A DNA stretch of 64,000 nt, taken from contig JBAYNV010000002.1 of NCBI GenBank assembly GCA_041678685.1, positions 246 through 64,245 of the forward strand, in the 5' to 3' direction. Shown here piece by piece: positions 18,549 through 30,205 of the stretch (the first letter of the stretch is position 1; every line of letters starts with the position of its first letter). This DNA comes from Clostridia bacterium. Its GTDB lineage: Bacteria > Bacillota > Clostridia > DUPQ01. The notes under the pieces were generated by a model. That model was not told the origin of the DNA, did not search any database, and saw nothing but the letters and a program-made list of their open reading frames with translations. The position numbers and the translations under genes were made by a program.

Positions 18549-19704
18549 TGTTAAAAAAGGATTTTCCTCATATTTTTCAGATCATATAAATGTAATAGAT
18601 AAAATACATTCAAAAGGTTTTGAGGCATATTTTGTAGGCGGATGCGTGAGGGATGCCTTGTCTGATAAAGCACCGTATGATTTCGATGTGACAACAAATG
18701 CAAAACCTGATGATATAAAAAAGATATTTGAAAAAGTGAGCGATACCGGCGTGAGATTCGGCACGGTTTCAGTCACTGAGAACAGTACAGTATATGAAAT
18801 AACCACCTATAGGATAGAAGAAGGTTACAGTGACAGAAGGACCCCCGATAAAGTCACATATACGGATAAGCTTTATGAGGATCTGAAAAGACGTGATTTT
18901 ACGGTAAATGCAATGGCATATGACGGTCATTCATGCATCATCGATTATTTCAACGGTATGGATGACTTGCGCAGCAGGATAATAAGGACAGTCGGAGATC
19001 CGGACATACGTTTCGCAGAGGATGCTTTAAGAATACTCAGAGCTATAAGATTTGCCGTTACATTGAAATATAAGATAGAAGAGAGAACGAAAGCTTCTAT
19101 CGTTAAAAATGCGGGATCACTGTCATGTATTTCAAGGGAAAGGATATACGGTGAGATAAGCAGGATCATAAAAGCCGGTGAAAACCTGGATATTCTTTAT
19201 GCAAACGATATAGCAGGATATGTGTTCATATATCCGAAACTTGTGAACAGGCAGATACTGGAAAGTGAGGAGTATATATGCAGGCTGGCGTCAGTATTTT
19301 ACAACTATCCTGATATATCGGGCGTAAAAGAAGAGCTCGTTAACTTTAGAACGGATAACAGGACGATCAAAGCGGTGACAGATATAATAAGTAACAGAGA
19401 TATGAGCAGTTTCGATGAGTATGATATCAGAAAGCTCATTACCGAAATCGGCGTAATTAATACAAAATATCTTCTGACATTCAAAAACGCAGGTTTGGAT
19501 ACATATGAGGTGATAACAGCGGGCAGGTTTTTAAGAAGTGAAAATGATCTTACCATCAACGGGTATGACATAATGGATATCGGATACAGCAGTAATGAGA
19601 TCAAAAAGATAAAAGCGTTTCTGCTTGAAGAGGTGCTCCATGATCCGACGTTGAATAAAAAAGATATACTGCTAAAAAAACTGAAACAAAAAAGGGACAT
19701 CTGA
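18505..19704 (+). CDS. cca: CCA-adding tRNA nucleotidyltransferase
   Basis: FVGGCVRDAL...DFDVTT, RRDFTVNAMAY. The true start is probably internal (e.g. TTG at 18535), overlapping the ackA end. Confidence 0.8.
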   Translation: MAKALRLCTHLKNSDVKKGFSSYFSDHINVIDKIHSKGFEAYFVGGCVRDALSDKAPYDFDVTTNAKPDDIKKIFEKVSDTGVRFGTVSVTENSTVYEITTYRIEEGYSDRRTPDKVTYTDKLYEDLKRRDFTVNAMAYDGHSCIIDYFNGMDDLRSRIIRTVGDPDIRFAEDALRILRAIRFAVTLKYKIEERTKASIVKNAGSLSCISRERIYGEISRIIKAGENLDILYANDIAGYVFIYPKLVNRQILESEEYICRLASVFYNYPDISGVKEELVNFRTDNRTIKAVTDIISNRDMSSFDEYDIRKLITEIGVINTKYLLTFKNAGLDTYEVITAGRFLRSENDLTINGYDIMDIGYSSNEIKKIKAFLLEEVLHDPTLNKKDILLKKLKQKRDI

Positions 19705-19786
19705 GTACACAAATATAAACTGATTGTAATGAAATAGTTAATAATATATAATTTTCATCAGTAAAAGAATGATGTGGTGAACAGGT

Positions 19787-21589
19787 TTGAAAAAAGATAA
19801 TATAAGAAATTTCTGCATAGTAGCTCATATAGATCACGGTAAAAGCACGCTTGCCGACAGACTCATTGAAAAGACGGGTTCTATGGCCGTACGTGATATG
19901 CAGGAGCAGGTGCTGGATGATATGGATATCGAAAGGGAAAGAGGCATTACGATCAAATCCCATGCCATCCGTATGATATATAAAGCGCAAAGCGGTAAAG
20001 AATATATATTTAACCTTATTGATACTCCAGGACACGTGGATTTTTCATATGAAGTGAGCAGAAGCCTGGCGGCTTGTGACGGAGCCATACTTGTAGTGGA
20101 CGCGGTCCAGGGGATAGAGGCTCAGACCCTGGCTAATGTATATATGGCGCTTGACAACGGTCTTGAAGTGCTGCCAGTGATAAATAAGATCGATCTTCCT
20201 GCAGCAAGACCTCAGCAGATAAAAGATGATATAGAAAATATCATTGGGATCGAGGCACAGCATTCGCCATGTATTTCAGCAAAAAATGGCGTGAATATCG
20301 ACGAAGTGCTTGAAAAAATAGTGGAATGTCTGCCTGCTCCGGAAAATAACGATGATCAACCTTTCCGGGCCCTCATATTTGATTCCAAATTTGATGCATA
20401 TAAAGGCGTCATAATCTACTTTCGCGTGATGGATGGTATTTTAAGGCTGGGTGATACCATACATATGATGAATACGGGTAAAGAATATGAAGTCATTGAG
20501 CTCGGATATATGAAACCCGATGGATTCACACAGGCAAATGAACTGAGATCGGGAGAAGTCGGATATATTGCCGCAAGTATCAAGAATGTTGAAGATACAC
20601 GAGTCGGGGATACTATAACAACACTGGAAAATATGGCTTTGACAGCTTTACCGGGATATAAGGAAGCTGTATCAATGGTATACTGCGGTATTTATCCAGC
20701 TGACGGTTCAAAATATAATTTTCTGAAAGATGTGCTTATGAAACTGAAACTTAATGATGCCGCACTGAAGTTTGAACCGGAAACAAGCGCTGCTCTTGGT
20801 TTCGGATTCAGATGTGCTTTTCTAGGCCTTCTTCATATGGAAATAATACAGGAAAGGATCGAAAGGGAATTTGATCTTGAGATCATAACGACAGCTCCCA
20901 GCGTTATATACAAGATAGTAAAACTAAACGGCAATGTCATTACTGTGGATAATCCGACCAATATGCCGCCCATAGGCGAGATAGACTATATGGAGGAACC
21001 TATTGCCAGTGCAGAGATCATTGTACCTACCGAGTATGTCGGGAATATAATGGAATTGTGCCAGGACAGGAGAGGTACATACAAACATATACATTACATA
21101 GACAAGACCAGGACAAAGCTGGAATATGACATACCCTTAAATGAGATCATATATGATTTCTTTGATGCTTTAAAATCCCGTTCCAAAGGATATGCGTCAC
21201 TGGATTATGAGGTAAATAAGTATGAAAGGTCAAAACTTGTGAAACTGGATATACTTCTGAATCTGGAAGTGGTCGATGCACTGTCTTTCATAGTTCATGA
21301 AAGCAAAGCATATGCAAGAGGCAGGAGACTGGCAGAGAAACTCAAGGACCAGATCCCAAGGCAGATGTTCGAAGTGCCCATCCAGGCCGCTATAGGAGGG
21401 AAGATCATTGCACGGGAGACGGTAAAAGCATACAGAAAAGATGTTATAGCAAAGTGTTACGGCGGTGATATAAGCAGAAAGAAGAAATTACTGGAGAAGC
21501 AAAAAGAAGGCAAGAAGAAGATGAGAAAACTTGGAACGGTGGAAGTGCCTCAGGAAGCCTTTATGAATGTTCTGAAACTGGACACCTAA
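19787..21589 (+). CDS. lepA: elongation factor 4 (LepA)
   Basis: TTG start with GGTGA RBS; G-domain [29 protein letters not shown]; ~600 aa. Confidence 0.95.
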   Translation: MKKDNIRNFCIVAHIDHGKSTLADRLIEKTGSMAVRDMQEQVLDDMDIERERGITIKSHAIRMIYKAQSGKEYIFNLIDTPGHVDFSYEVSRSLAACDGAILVVDAVQGIEAQTLANVYMALDNGLEVLPVINKIDLPAARPQQIKDDIENIIGIEAQHSPCISAKNGVNIDEVLEKIVECLPAPENNDDQPFRALIFDSKFDAYKGVIIYFRVMDGILRLGDTIHMMNTGKEYEVIELGYMKPDGFTQANELRSGEVGYIAASIKNVEDTRVGDTITTLENMALTALPGYKEAVSMVYCGIYPADGSKYNFLKDVLMKLKLNDAALKFEPETSAALGFGFRCAFLGLLHMEIIQERIEREFDLEIITTAPSVIYKIVKLNGNVITVDNPTNMPPIGEIDYMEEPIASAEIIVPTEYVGNIMELCQDRRGTYKHIHYIDKTRTKLEYDIPLNEIIYDFFDALKSRSKGYASLDYEVNKYERSKLVKLDILLNLEVVDALSFIVHESKAYARGRRLAEKLKDQIPRQMFEVPIQAAIGGKIIARETVKAYRKDVIAKCYGGDISRKKKLLEKQKEGKKKMRKLGTVEVPQEAFMNVLKLDT

Positions 21590-21590
21590 G

Positions 21591-22715
21591 ATGGATAACA
21601 ACCTAAGGATATATATCCATGTGCCATTCTGTAAATCAAAATGCAACTACTGTGATTTCTGCTCGTTTGCGGATAAAGACTACATGATACAGCCATATTT
21701 CGAAGCATTGACAACGGAAATCGGATTATATAAAAACGATTACAGGGGAAGAAGGATCGACAGCATATTCATCGGAGGCGGGACCCCTTCGTATGTAGAT
21801 ACCAAATATATACAATACCTGCTGTCCTGCTTCGACATTGACCGGGATGCTGAGATCACTATCGAAGTGAATCCGGGGACCGTTGATTTCCATACATTAC
21901 GTGCATACAGGGAAATGGGCATCAACAGGATAAGCTTTGGAGTGCAGTCATTCTCCGACAGGATGCTTATGCTCATGGGCCGTATACATAACAGAGCAAC
22001 GGCTATAAATAACATACATGAGAGCCAGGTAGCGGGATTTGAGAACATAAATGTTGATCTTATATTCGGTTATCCTGACCAGTCATATGAATGTTATGCA
22101 GAATCGTTAAATGTAGTCAAGAGCCTGAAAATACCTCATGTTTCATGTTACAGTCTTTCGATTGAAGAAAACACACCGCTTTCGGGTATGTTAAAAAAAG
22201 GCCTGCTGCAATATCCTAATGAGGATCTGGACAGAGATATGTATGCTCTTACAATAGACAGTCTGGGAAAATCAGGCATATATCAATATGAGATTTCGAA
22301 TTTCGCCCAACCGGGATATGAATGCAGGCATAATATAGGATATTGGATAAGGGATGAATACCTTGGTTTCGGACTTAATTCCCATTCACTTTTGAATGAA
22401 TGCAGGTATAGCAACAAGAATTTACTGAATGATTACATAAGCATTTTGAACAAATGTGAAAAACCTGTAAAAGAAAGCAATATGCTTACTGATACCGAGA
22501 TAATATCTGAATATATAATATTAAGACTCAGAATGAACAGAGGTCTGGACATAAATGACTTTAAAACCCGATTCAGCATCGATTTCGAGGAAAGATATGG
22601 ATCTCAGATAGATGACCTTCAGAATAAAGGCTTGTTAGAGAAGATCATTTACTCGTACAGGCTGACACGAAAAGGTATGGATCTGGCAAACAAGGTGTTT
22701 GTAGAATTCATCTGA
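21591..22715 (+). CDS. hemW: radical SAM heme chaperone HemW (HemN-like)
   Basis: IYIHVPFCKSKCNYCDF immediately after lepA, the conserved arrangement. Confidence 0.85.
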   Translation: MDNNLRIYIHVPFCKSKCNYCDFCSFADKDYMIQPYFEALTTEIGLYKNDYRGRRIDSIFIGGGTPSYVDTKYIQYLLSCFDIDRDAEITIEVNPGTVDFHTLRAYREMGINRISFGVQSFSDRMLMLMGRIHNRATAINNIHESQVAGFENINVDLIFGYPDQSYECYAESLNVVKSLKIPHVSCYSLSIEENTPLSGMLKKGLLQYPNEDLDRDMYALTIDSLGKSGIYQYEISNFAQPGYECRHNIGYWIRDEYLGFGLNSHSLLNECRYSNKNLLNDYISILNKCEKPVKESNMLTDTEIISEYIILRLRMNRGLDINDFKTRFSIDFEERYGSQIDDLQNKGLLEKIIYSYRLTRKGMDLANKVFVEFI

Positions 22716-22725
22716 AGTTTAACTT

Positions 22726-22754
22726 TGTTTTACAATCCTCAGATATATCTGTAT
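22726..22754 (+). promoter_or_regulatory. sigma-A-type promoter TTTACA-17-TATAAT upstream of pepF
   Basis: TTTACA at 22726-22731, TATAAT at 22749-22754 preceded by TG, 40 nt upstream of the ATG. Confidence 0.45.
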
Positions 22755-22795
22755 AATTGTAATAAACAGATCCATATACTGGAAGAGGGACATTA

Positions 22796-24490
22796 ATGGA
22801 TAAATTCAGTGATATCAAATACATTCGTCCGGATATCGGTACGATCAGTAAGGAATTCAAGATCGGTTTAAAGAACTTCAAAAATGCAAAAAGTTATGAT
22901 GAGGCAAAAAAATCATATCTTGATATTGAAGTCATATCCTCTGAAGTACAGACCATGTTCACTGTGGCTCATATAAGGAGCGATATGGATAAAGCAGACA
23001 GGTATTATGAATCTGAAGTCAGATTCATGAATGGTGCAATGCCTAAGCTGATGCTCCTTGTGCAAAAGGCGGGTAAGGCGCTTTTGGATTCACCTTATAA
23101 AGCGGATTTTGAAAATGAATATGGTATGCAGCTCATCAGACTGACTGAAGCTGCTCAAAAAACCATCAGTTGGAAGATAATACCGGAAATGATCAAGGAA
23201 GGCAACATACAGCAGGAGTATTCAAAAACTGCCGCATCATGTAAAGTGGTTTTCAGAGGCGCAGAATGCAATTTCTATGGCCTTTTAAATCATATGGAGA
23301 GCACAGACAGAGAAGAACGAAAAGAAGCATTCATCGCATGGGCAAAACTTTATGAAGGTATTTCAGACAAGCTTGACAGACAGTATGATAAATTCGTATC
23401 TTTACGTACAGCGATGGCAAGAAAACTGAAATTCCCCGGTTATATCGAAATGGTATATATGCAGAAGGACCGTTTCAATTATTCTGCAGGGGATGTTGAG
23501 AAATTCAGAGAACAGGTAAAGAAGCATATCGTTCCGGTATGTGTGAAGCTGCATGATATGCAGGCAAAACGTCTGGGTATCGATAAGCTGAAATATTACG
23601 ACGAGAAGCTTGTATTTAAAGAAGGAAATGCCATACCGCACGGCAGTAAAGATGAGATGGTCCGAGCGGCACAGACGATGTACAGGGAGCTTTCAAAAGA
23701 GACGGGAGAGTTCTTTGATTTCATGTGCAGTCATGAACTTTTCGATCTGGAAACCAGGCCGAACAAGCATCTGGGAGGATATTGCACATTCCTGCCTGTG
23801 TACTATGCGCCATTCATATTTTCGAATTTCAATGGAACAAGTGCTGATGTGGATGTGCTGACTCATGAAGCAGGTCATGCATTTGAAGCTTTCATGGCAT
23901 CTAAGTCGCAGCCCATAATGGAATACTGGGGTTCCACAAGCGAGATCAATGAGATACATTCAATGACTATGGAACATTTCACTTATCCCTGGATGGACAG
24001 GTTCTTTAGAGATAAAGCAGACAAATACCGGTTCGGGCATTTATCTGACGCCTTTATGTCGATACCGTATATAGTATGTGTTGATGATTTCCAGCATAAG
24101 GTATTTGAAGATCCTAAGAGGATGAAAGCAAAGCAGAGAAGAGAACTATGGCATTCTCTCGAAAAGGAATATATGCCGTGGCGTGATTATGACAGTAATG
24201 AATTCCTTGAAGGCGGTGGGTTCTGGATGCAGAAACAGCACATATTCCTGTATCCCTTCTATTATATTGATTATGCTCTCGCTCAGATATGCGCATTTGA
24301 GCTTTACGGCAGAATGCAGAATGATAAGAATGCCGCTTGGAACGATTATCTGGATCTATGTAAAGCAGGAGGAAGCAAGGGATATTTTGAACTGCTTGAA
24401 ATAGCGCATCTGCATAACCCATTTATTGACGGAAGTGTTGAGGCGGCTGTAAAATTCGTTACAGAGGAACTGGAAAGATCCGGGTTCTAG
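22796..24490 (+). CDS. pepF: oligoendopeptidase F (M3B family)
   Basis: Zinc-binding HExxH in LTHEAGHAFE; ~564 aa typical of PepF. Confidence 0.85.
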   Translation: MDKFSDIKYIRPDIGTISKEFKIGLKNFKNAKSYDEAKKSYLDIEVISSEVQTMFTVAHIRSDMDKADRYYESEVRFMNGAMPKLMLLVQKAGKALLDSPYKADFENEYGMQLIRLTEAAQKTISWKIIPEMIKEGNIQQEYSKTAASCKVVFRGAECNFYGLLNHMESTDREERKEAFIAWAKLYEGISDKLDRQYDKFVSLRTAMARKLKFPGYIEMVYMQKDRFNYSAGDVEKFREQVKKHIVPVCVKLHDMQAKRLGIDKLKYYDEKLVFKEGNAIPHGSKDEMVRAAQTMYRELSKETGEFFDFMCSHELFDLETRPNKHLGGYCTFLPVYYAPFIFSNFNGTSADVDVLTHEAGHAFEAFMASKSQPIMEYWGSTSEINEIHSMTMEHFTYPWMDRFFRDKADKYRFGHLSDAFMSIPYIVCVDDFQHKVFEDPKRMKAKQRRELWHSLEKEYMPWRDYDSNEFLEGGGFWMQKQHIFLYPFYYIDYALAQICAFELYGRMQNDKNAAWNDYLDLCKAGGSKGYFELLEIAHLHNPFIDGSVEAAVKFVTEELERSGF

Positions 24491-24504
24491 ATTGTGAGGG
24501 GAAA

Positions 24505-25377
24505 ATGCATATTACCATTTCAGGAATGCTTGGAAGCGGAAAGTCTACTATCTGCAGGATATTTGCTGAGAAAAACGGGTATGAGGTATATTCCACAGGT
24601 AAAATACAGAGGCAGGTAGCAGCAGAAAAAGGATTGACAACTCTGCAGCTGAATCAGATGATGTCACAGAATCCTGACCTGGATAGTATAATAGACACAA
24701 CAACTGTACGGATCTCTGAAGAAAACAGAGATAAGAATATAATATTCGATTCCAGGATGGCCTGGTATTTTGTTAAAGATTCATATAAAGTATTCCTGAC
24801 CGTAGATCCGCTTGTCGCAGCAAAAAGAGTCATGCGCTCAGACAGAGGGAATGTGGAAGGTTACACTTGTGTTGAGGAAGCTAAAAAACTATTGATGGAA
24901 AGAGCTTCGGTAGAGCATAAAAGGTTCATGGAGATATATAAAGCGGATTATTGGGACTACAATAATTATGATCTTGTACTTGACGGTACATGGCATGATC
25001 CTGAGATGCTGGCCATATATATATTCGAGTGTATAGAAGAGCATTTAAAAACAGGGAATGAACATAATGGGAATATTATAATTTCACCAAAATCACTCTA
25101 TCCTGCGGTCGGGATGGAAATGATCGGGGATACTGCCTGCGAGGGGGAATTCATGTTGGGAAAGCTGAATTCAAAACCTGTCGAGATAGTGGCATCAGGA
25201 CAATACAATTATATAATAAAAGGCCAAGATACCGTTTTAAAGGCTTTAAAAAACAGTGTACAATTTGTCAGATCGAAGCTGACACAAAATGCATCAGAAA
25301 TGAAGCCCATAACTGATCAGGAATCTATGCAGCAATATGAAATAGCGGGTCAGTTTGAATATGCAAGCCAACCCTGA
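24505..25377 (+). CDS. cytidylate kinase-like P-loop protein with ~100-aa C-terminal extension of unknown function
   Basis: N-terminal ITISGMLGSGKSTI P-loop and NMP-kinase-like body (~180 aa), then an unrelated C-terminal region. Confidence 0.55.
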   Translation: MHITISGMLGSGKSTICRIFAEKNGYEVYSTGKIQRQVAAEKGLTTLQLNQMMSQNPDLDSIIDTTTVRISEENRDKNIIFDSRMAWYFVKDSYKVFLTVDPLVAAKRVMRSDRGNVEGYTCVEEAKKLLMERASVEHKRFMEIYKADYWDYNNYDLVLDGTWHDPEMLAIYIFECIEEHLKTGNEHNGNIIISPKSLYPAVGMEMIGDTACEGEFMLGKLNSKPVEIVASGQYNYIIKGQDTVLKALKNSVQFVRSKLTQNASEMKPITDQESMQQYEIAGQFEYASQP

Positions 25378-25445
25378 TTTGTTCTGTATCAATATGTATA
25401 AGTTGCTGTTCATCATATGTTCACAAAATTTTCGTAAAATACATA

Positions 25446-25474
25446 TTGACAAAGAAATACCTAAGTGGTATTTT
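25446..25474 (+). promoter_or_regulatory. sigma-A-type promoter TTGACA-17-TATTTT for the hrcA operon
   Basis: TTGACA at 25446-25451 and TATTTT at 25469-25474, immediately upstream of CIRCE. Confidence 0.5.
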
Positions 25475-25483
25475 TTAGTATAG

Positions 25484-25510
25484 TTAGCACTCTAGAAGTG
25501 CGAGTGCTAA
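25484..25510 (+). promoter_or_regulatory. CIRCE operator (HrcA binding site)
   Basis: TTAGCACTC-tagaagtgc-GAGTGCTAA, a perfect 9-N9-9 inverted repeat matching the CIRCE consensus, directly upstream of hrcA. Confidence 0.9.
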
Positions 25511-25521
25511 AGAAGGAGAAA

Positions 25522-26544
25522 ATGGACAGAAGAACAGCCGATATACTTACGGTGATCATTGAAGAATATGTGAACAGCGCAGAACCTGTAGGTTCAAAGA
25601 ATATTGTAGATAAGTATTCTATGGGAGTAAGCAGCGCAACAGTTCGCAATGAGATGCATGATCTTGAAGAAGAAGGATATATTACTTCAATACACACATC
25701 AAGCGGAAGGATACCGACAGACAAAGGATACAGATTTTATGTTGATTATCTTACAGAATACATAAAACAGAAGGAGACAGAAGAAAAAATATATAAACTT
25801 TTGAAAATGGTCGAGATAAACGATGCATTGGATCTTATCTTCAACGGGCTTTTAAAGAACAATCCCTATACTACGATAGGTGCTTTAAAACGTAACGGAA
25901 CAAGGATAGATACCTTCCACATCCTTTCAGTAGCAAAAGATACATATCTGATCATAGTGATATTGAAAAACAGCAATGTTGTGCACAAGATCATAAATGA
26001 ACAGCTTTCGGAAAATGTTAAGGTCAATATACTGTCAGAGTACCTTAATGAAAAGCTATATGATATGACCCTTCAGGATATACAGAATGCCAATTTTGTT
26101 TTCATAGATAAATTTGACAGGGACAATAAAGCTTTCTTCATCAAAGCGGTGTCAGAAGTCATGGAAATACTGCATCAGTATGAGGAGAATGAAGTGTATT
26201 TAAAGGGTAAAGAGAATCTTCTGTCATTTCCTGATTTTAAGGATGTTATGGAAATGAAAAACATATTCCATGCACTCGACAGTGAAGGTGAACTGAGCGA
26301 CATACTTTTATCTCCGACGGATGACGCTTTCTCTGCTATGATAGGAGCGGAAATAAAAAACGATGATCTGGCCAAGCTTTCGATAGCAAAGCATACATAT
26401 GATCTTGGTGCTGCAGGACAGATAACGTTTGGACTTGTCGGACCGACAAGGATGGATTACAGGAAAGTCATGAATTCTTTGAATAATATAGAAAACATGC
26501 TTAATGAATTATTAGAAAGAAAATACGAGAAAAAGGAGGTATAG
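25522..26544 (+). CDS. hrcA: heat-inducible transcription repressor HrcA
   Basis: MDRRTADILTVIIEEYVNSAEPVGSK; start placed at the internal ATG downstream of CIRCE; followed by grpE-dnaK-dnaJ. Confidence 0.9.
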   Translation: MDRRTADILTVIIEEYVNSAEPVGSKNIVDKYSMGVSSATVRNEMHDLEEEGYITSIHTSSGRIPTDKGYRFYVDYLTEYIKQKETEEKIYKLLKMVEINDALDLIFNGLLKNNPYTTIGALKRNGTRIDTFHILSVAKDTYLIIVILKNSNVVHKIINEQLSENVKVNILSEYLNEKLYDMTLQDIQNANFVFIDKFDRDNKAFFIKAVSEVMEILHQYEENEVYLKGKENLLSFPDFKDVMEMKNIFHALDSEGELSDILLSPTDDAFSAMIGAEIKNDDLAKLSIAKHTYDLGAAGQITFGLVGPTRMDYRKVMNSLNNIENMLNELLERKYEKKEV

Positions 26545-26546
26545 TA

Positions 26547-27095
26547 ATGACAAAAAGCAAGGAAGATAAAAAAACAGCTGACATAGAGGAGAAAGTGATC
26601 AAGGAAAAAGATGCAGAAGCTAAAACCTCAGAACCGGCAGAGAAAACTGAAACTGTCGCTGATAACGGTTTGCAGAAGATGAACGATGAACTGATAGACA
26701 GTTTGAAAAGACTTGCCGCTGAGTATGATAACTTCCGTAAGAGAACTACCAAGGAAAAGGAAGATATATATAATGTATGCTTGATCGATATAACAGAAAA
26801 ATTCCTGCCTGTACTGGATAATCTGGAATTGGCATTAGCAAATAAGAAAGCCACTCAGGATGAAGTACAAAAAGGGATAGAGATGATACGTAAGCAATTT
26901 GAAGATACTTTATCAAAACTTTGCATAAAGGAAATGGACTGCCTGAATAAGCAGTTTGATCCTGAATTCCATAATGCCGTTATGACAGTCGAAGATGCAA
27001 CGAAAGCAAAAGGAACCATAGTCGAAGTATTTAAGAAAGGTTACGTATATAAAGACCGTGTCGTAAGGCACAGCATGGTAAAGGTAGTAGGATAA
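26547..27095 (+). CDS. grpE: nucleotide exchange factor GrpE
   Basis: LKRLAAEYDNFRKRTTKE...G..Y...V.RHSMV pattern; operon position. Confidence 0.9.
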   Translation: MTKSKEDKKTADIEEKVIKEKDAEAKTSEPAEKTETVADNGLQKMNDELIDSLKRLAAEYDNFRKRTTKEKEDIYNVCLIDITEKFLPVLDNLELALANKKATQDEVQKGIEMIRKQFEDTLSKLCIKEMDCLNKQFDPEFHNAVMTVEDATKAKGTIVEVFKKGYVYKDRVVRHSMVKVVG

Positions 27096-27152
27096 ATATT
27101 TATTTTATATGAAAGTCAAAAATAGTCAAAGGCAAATAAGGAGGACTTAAAA

Positions 27153-29015
27153 ATGTCAAAAGTAATAGGAATAGATTTAGGAACAACAAATTCAGTAGTA
27201 GCTGTAATAGAGGGCGGAGAGCCAATAGTTATTGCAAATGCAGAAGGTAACAGAACAACACCAAGTGTTGTTGCGTTTTCAAAAACAGGAGAAAGACTTG
27301 TAGGCCAGGTCGCAAAAAGACAGGCTATAACGAACCCTGACAGGACCGTAGTATCTATTAAGAGAGATATGGGTTCGGACAGAAGGATCAATATAGACGG
27401 CAAGAAATATTCACCTCAGGAAATTTCAGCAATGATACTTCAGAAGCTGAAAACTGATGCAGAAGCTTATCTTGGGGAAAAAGTGACTCAGGCTGTTATT
27501 ACCTGTCCTGCATATTTCTCGGACTCACAGAGACAGGCAACAAAGGATGCAGGCAAGATAGCAGGACTTGATGTTTTGAGGATCATAAATGAACCTACTG
27601 CAGCTGCTTTAGCATATGGCATGGATAAAGAAACTGACCAGAAGATATTAGTATTTGACCTTGGCGGCGGAACGTTCGATGTATCCGTATTGGATATTTC
27701 CGATGGTGTATTTGAAGTTCTGGCAACAAACGGCAATACAAGACTTGGCGGAGATGACTTCGATAACAGAGTCATAGATCATCTAGCGGAAACATTTAAG
27801 AAAGAGAATGGTATAGATCTGAGAAACGATAAGATGGCTTTACAGAGGCTGAAAGAAGCAGCTGAAAAAGCTAAAGTCGAGCTTTCCAGCGTCATGAGCA
27901 CAAATATCAATCTTCCTTTTATCACAGCTGACGCAACAGGCCCGAAGCACCTGGATATAACTCTTACCAAAGCAAAATTCGATGAACTGACTGCTGACCT
28001 TGTCGAGAAAACTATAGAACCGTTAAGAAAAGCTATGGATGATGCAGGCTTGAAGCCAGCGGATATCCAGAAGGTCCTTCTCGTTGGCGGTTCGTCAAGA
28101 ACTCCTGCAGTACAGGAAGCAGTAAAGAAATTCATGGGTAAAGAGCCTTTCAAAGGTATCAATCCTGACGAATGCGTTGCTGTAGGTGCTGCCATACAGG
28201 CAGGTGTCCTTACCGGAGAGGTCAAAGACCTTCTCCTGTTGGATGTTACGCCTCTGTCACTTGGAATCGAGACTCTTGGCGGAGTATGCACGAAACTGAT
28301 CGAGAGGAACACAACTATCCCAACGAAGAAATCTCAGGTATTCTCCACGGCAGCAGACGGACAGACCGCAGTTGATATACATGTTTTACAGGGCGAAAGA
28401 GATATGGCTCAGTATAACAAGACATTGGGTAAATTCCAGCTTACAGGTATCGCTCCTGCTCCAAGAGGTATACCTCAGATCGAGGTCACATTTGATATAG
28501 ATGCCAACGGTATCGTTAATGTATCTGCAAAAGATCTCGGTACAGGCAATGAGCAGAAAGTAACGATCACAGCTTCGACTAACCTTTCAGAGTCCGAAGT
28601 CAACAAAGCGGTAAATGATGCCAAAGCCCATGAAAAAGAGGATAAGCAGAAGAAAGAGGATATCGATACACGCAACAACGCTGACGCATTGATCTACCAG
28701 ACAGAAAAGCTGATGAAGGACAATGCAGCTAAATTAGATCCGAGTGAAAAGGCAAAGATCGAAGAGGAAATAGAAAACGTTAAGAATGCCCTCAAGGGAA
28801 CTGATACTGCAAACATTAAATCCGCTACTGAAAATCTGCAGCAGGCGGTATACAAATTCTCAGAGAAGATGTATCAGCAGGCAGGTCCTCAGGCGGGACA
28901 ACAGGGACAACCGGGTGCGGGACCTGATCCAAACACCCAGCAGGAAGCTCCTAAAGAAGATAATGTGTACGATGCTGATTATGAAGTAGTTGACGATGAT
29001 AAGGATAAAAAGTAA
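27153..29015 (+). CDS. dnaK: molecular chaperone DnaK (Hsp70)
   Basis: [37 protein letters not shown]; RBS AAGGAGG. Confidence 0.97.
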   Translation: MSKVIGIDLGTTNSVVAVIEGGEPIVIANAEGNRTTPSVVAFSKTGERLVGQVAKRQAITNPDRTVVSIKRDMGSDRRINIDGKKYSPQEISAMILQKLKTDAEAYLGEKVTQAVITCPAYFSDSQRQATKDAGKIAGLDVLRIINEPTAAALAYGMDKETDQKILVFDLGGGTFDVSVLDISDGVFEVLATNGNTRLGGDDFDNRVIDHLAETFKKENGIDLRNDKMALQRLKEAAEKAKVELSSVMSTNINLPFITADATGPKHLDITLTKAKFDELTADLVEKTIEPLRKAMDDAGLKPADIQKVLLVGGSSRTPAVQEAVKKFMGKEPFKGINPDECVAVGAAIQAGVLTGEVKDLLLLDVTPLSLGIETLGGVCTKLIERNTTIPTKKSQVFSTAADGQTAVDIHVLQGERDMAQYNKTLGKFQLTGIAPAPRGIPQIEVTFDIDANGIVNVSAKDLGTGNEQKVTITASTNLSESEVNKAVNDAKAHEKEDKQKKEDIDTRNNADALIYQTEKLMKDNAAKLDPSEKAKIEEEIENVKNALKGTDTANIKSATENLQQAVYKFSEKMYQQAGPQAGQQGQPGAGPDPNTQQEAPKEDNVYDADYEVVDDDKDKK

Positions 29016-29035
29016 AATATAGTGAATCTTTGGCT

Positions 29036-29063
29036 TCAGCGGTATTCGGAAGATTACCGCTGA
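29036..29063 (+). other. hairpin between dnaK and dnaJ (partial terminator/attenuator)
   Basis: TCAGCGGTA-ttcggaaga-TACCGCTGA stem-loop without a clear U-tract. Confidence 0.4.
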
Positions 29064-29098
29064 GGCACTGGTTTAAATCATTTTAAGGGGCATAACTT

Positions 29099-30205
29099 GT
29101 GGCAGAAAAAAGAGATTATTATGAAGTCCTTGGTCTGAATAAGAATTCCACGGATGAGGAACTAAAAAAGGCATACAGAGTTTTAGCAAAAAAATATCAC
29201 CCGGATATCAACAAATCACCGGAAGCTGAAACGATGTTTAAAGAAGTAGGCGAAGCTTATAGTATATTAAGCGATCCTGAGAAAAGAAGGCAGTACGATC
29301 AGTACGGATTCGAAGGATTGAATTATTCCGGAGGTTCCGGTTTCAGCGGAGGCTTTAACCCGTTTGATATATTCAACGACCTGTTCGGCGGAGGAGGATT
29401 TAGCAGTGGCTTCACATCCTCATCGTCACGCAGAAATGCGCCCATAAGAGGGCGTGATCTTAGGGAATATGTTACTATTACTTTTGAAGAAGCTGCTTTC
29501 GGGACAAAGAAGACTCTTAATGTGACGCGAAATGAAAAATGTGCGGACTGCAAGGGAACAGGTGCAAAAAACGGTACAGCAATGAAAATGTGTCCTCAGT
29601 GTAAAGGTACAGGTACGATGAGGGTACAGCAGAACACGATGTTCGGACAGATGATAACCGAAACCACATGCAATAAATGTAATGGGAGAGGGAAAATAAT
29701 CGAAGAAAACTGTCCAGCGTGCAAAGGAATGGGCAGTGTTAAAACAAACAGAAAGATAGATATAACCATTCCTAAAGGCATAGATAACGGTCAGATAATT
29801 TCACTGAGGGAACAGGGCGAAGCAGGTCAGAACCAAGGCCCTGCCGGTGATCTGCTGGTAAATATACAAGTCCTGCCTCACTCGATTTTTAAGAGGCAGA
29901 ATACGACCGTCTACTGCTCGATACCTATATCGTATACTCAGGCAGTATTAGGAGCGGATATCGATGTACCGACACTGGACGGCAATGTGACATACGGCAT
30001 ACCTGAAGGCACACAGACAGGTACAGCATTTACCTTAAAGAATAAAGGAATTCCTGCTTTGAACAGAGATACAAGAGGCGACGAGATATTTGAAGTATAT
30101 ATAACGGTCCCCAAAAAACTGTCAAAAGACGAAAGAGAAGCCCTTATGGCGTATGCAGACGTGTGCGGTGAAAAAAACGATAAGAAAAAAAAGAGAATAT
30201 TCTGA
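29099..30205 (+). CDS. dnaJ: molecular chaperone DnaJ
   Basis: J-domain YYEVLGL...HPD, G/F-rich region, four CxxCxGxG zinc-finger repeats. Confidence 0.95.
   Translation: MAEKRDYYEVLGLNKNSTDEELKKAYRVLAKKYHPDINKSPEAETMFKEVGEAYSILSDPEKRRQYDQYGFEGLNYSGGSGFSGGFNPFDIFNDLFGGGGFSSGFTSSSSRRNAPIRGRDLREYVTITFEEAAFGTKKTLNVTRNEKCADCKGTGAKNGTAMKMCPQCKGTGTMRVQQNTMFGQMITETTCNKCNGRGKIIEENCPACKGMGSVKTNRKIDITIPKGIDNGQIISLREQGEAGQNQGPAGDLLVNIQVLPHSIFKRQNTTVYCSIPISYTQAVLGADIDVPTLDGNVTYGIPEGTQTGTAFTLKNKGIPALNRDTRGDEIFEVYITVPKKLSKDEREALMAYADVCGEKNDKKKKRIF

Noticed and set aside
25465-25521. Upstream ATG (25465) as the hrcA start
   Set aside because: It would translate through the CIRCE operator and promoter. The ATG at 25522 has an AAGGAG RBS and matches the HrcA N-terminus MDRRTADIL.
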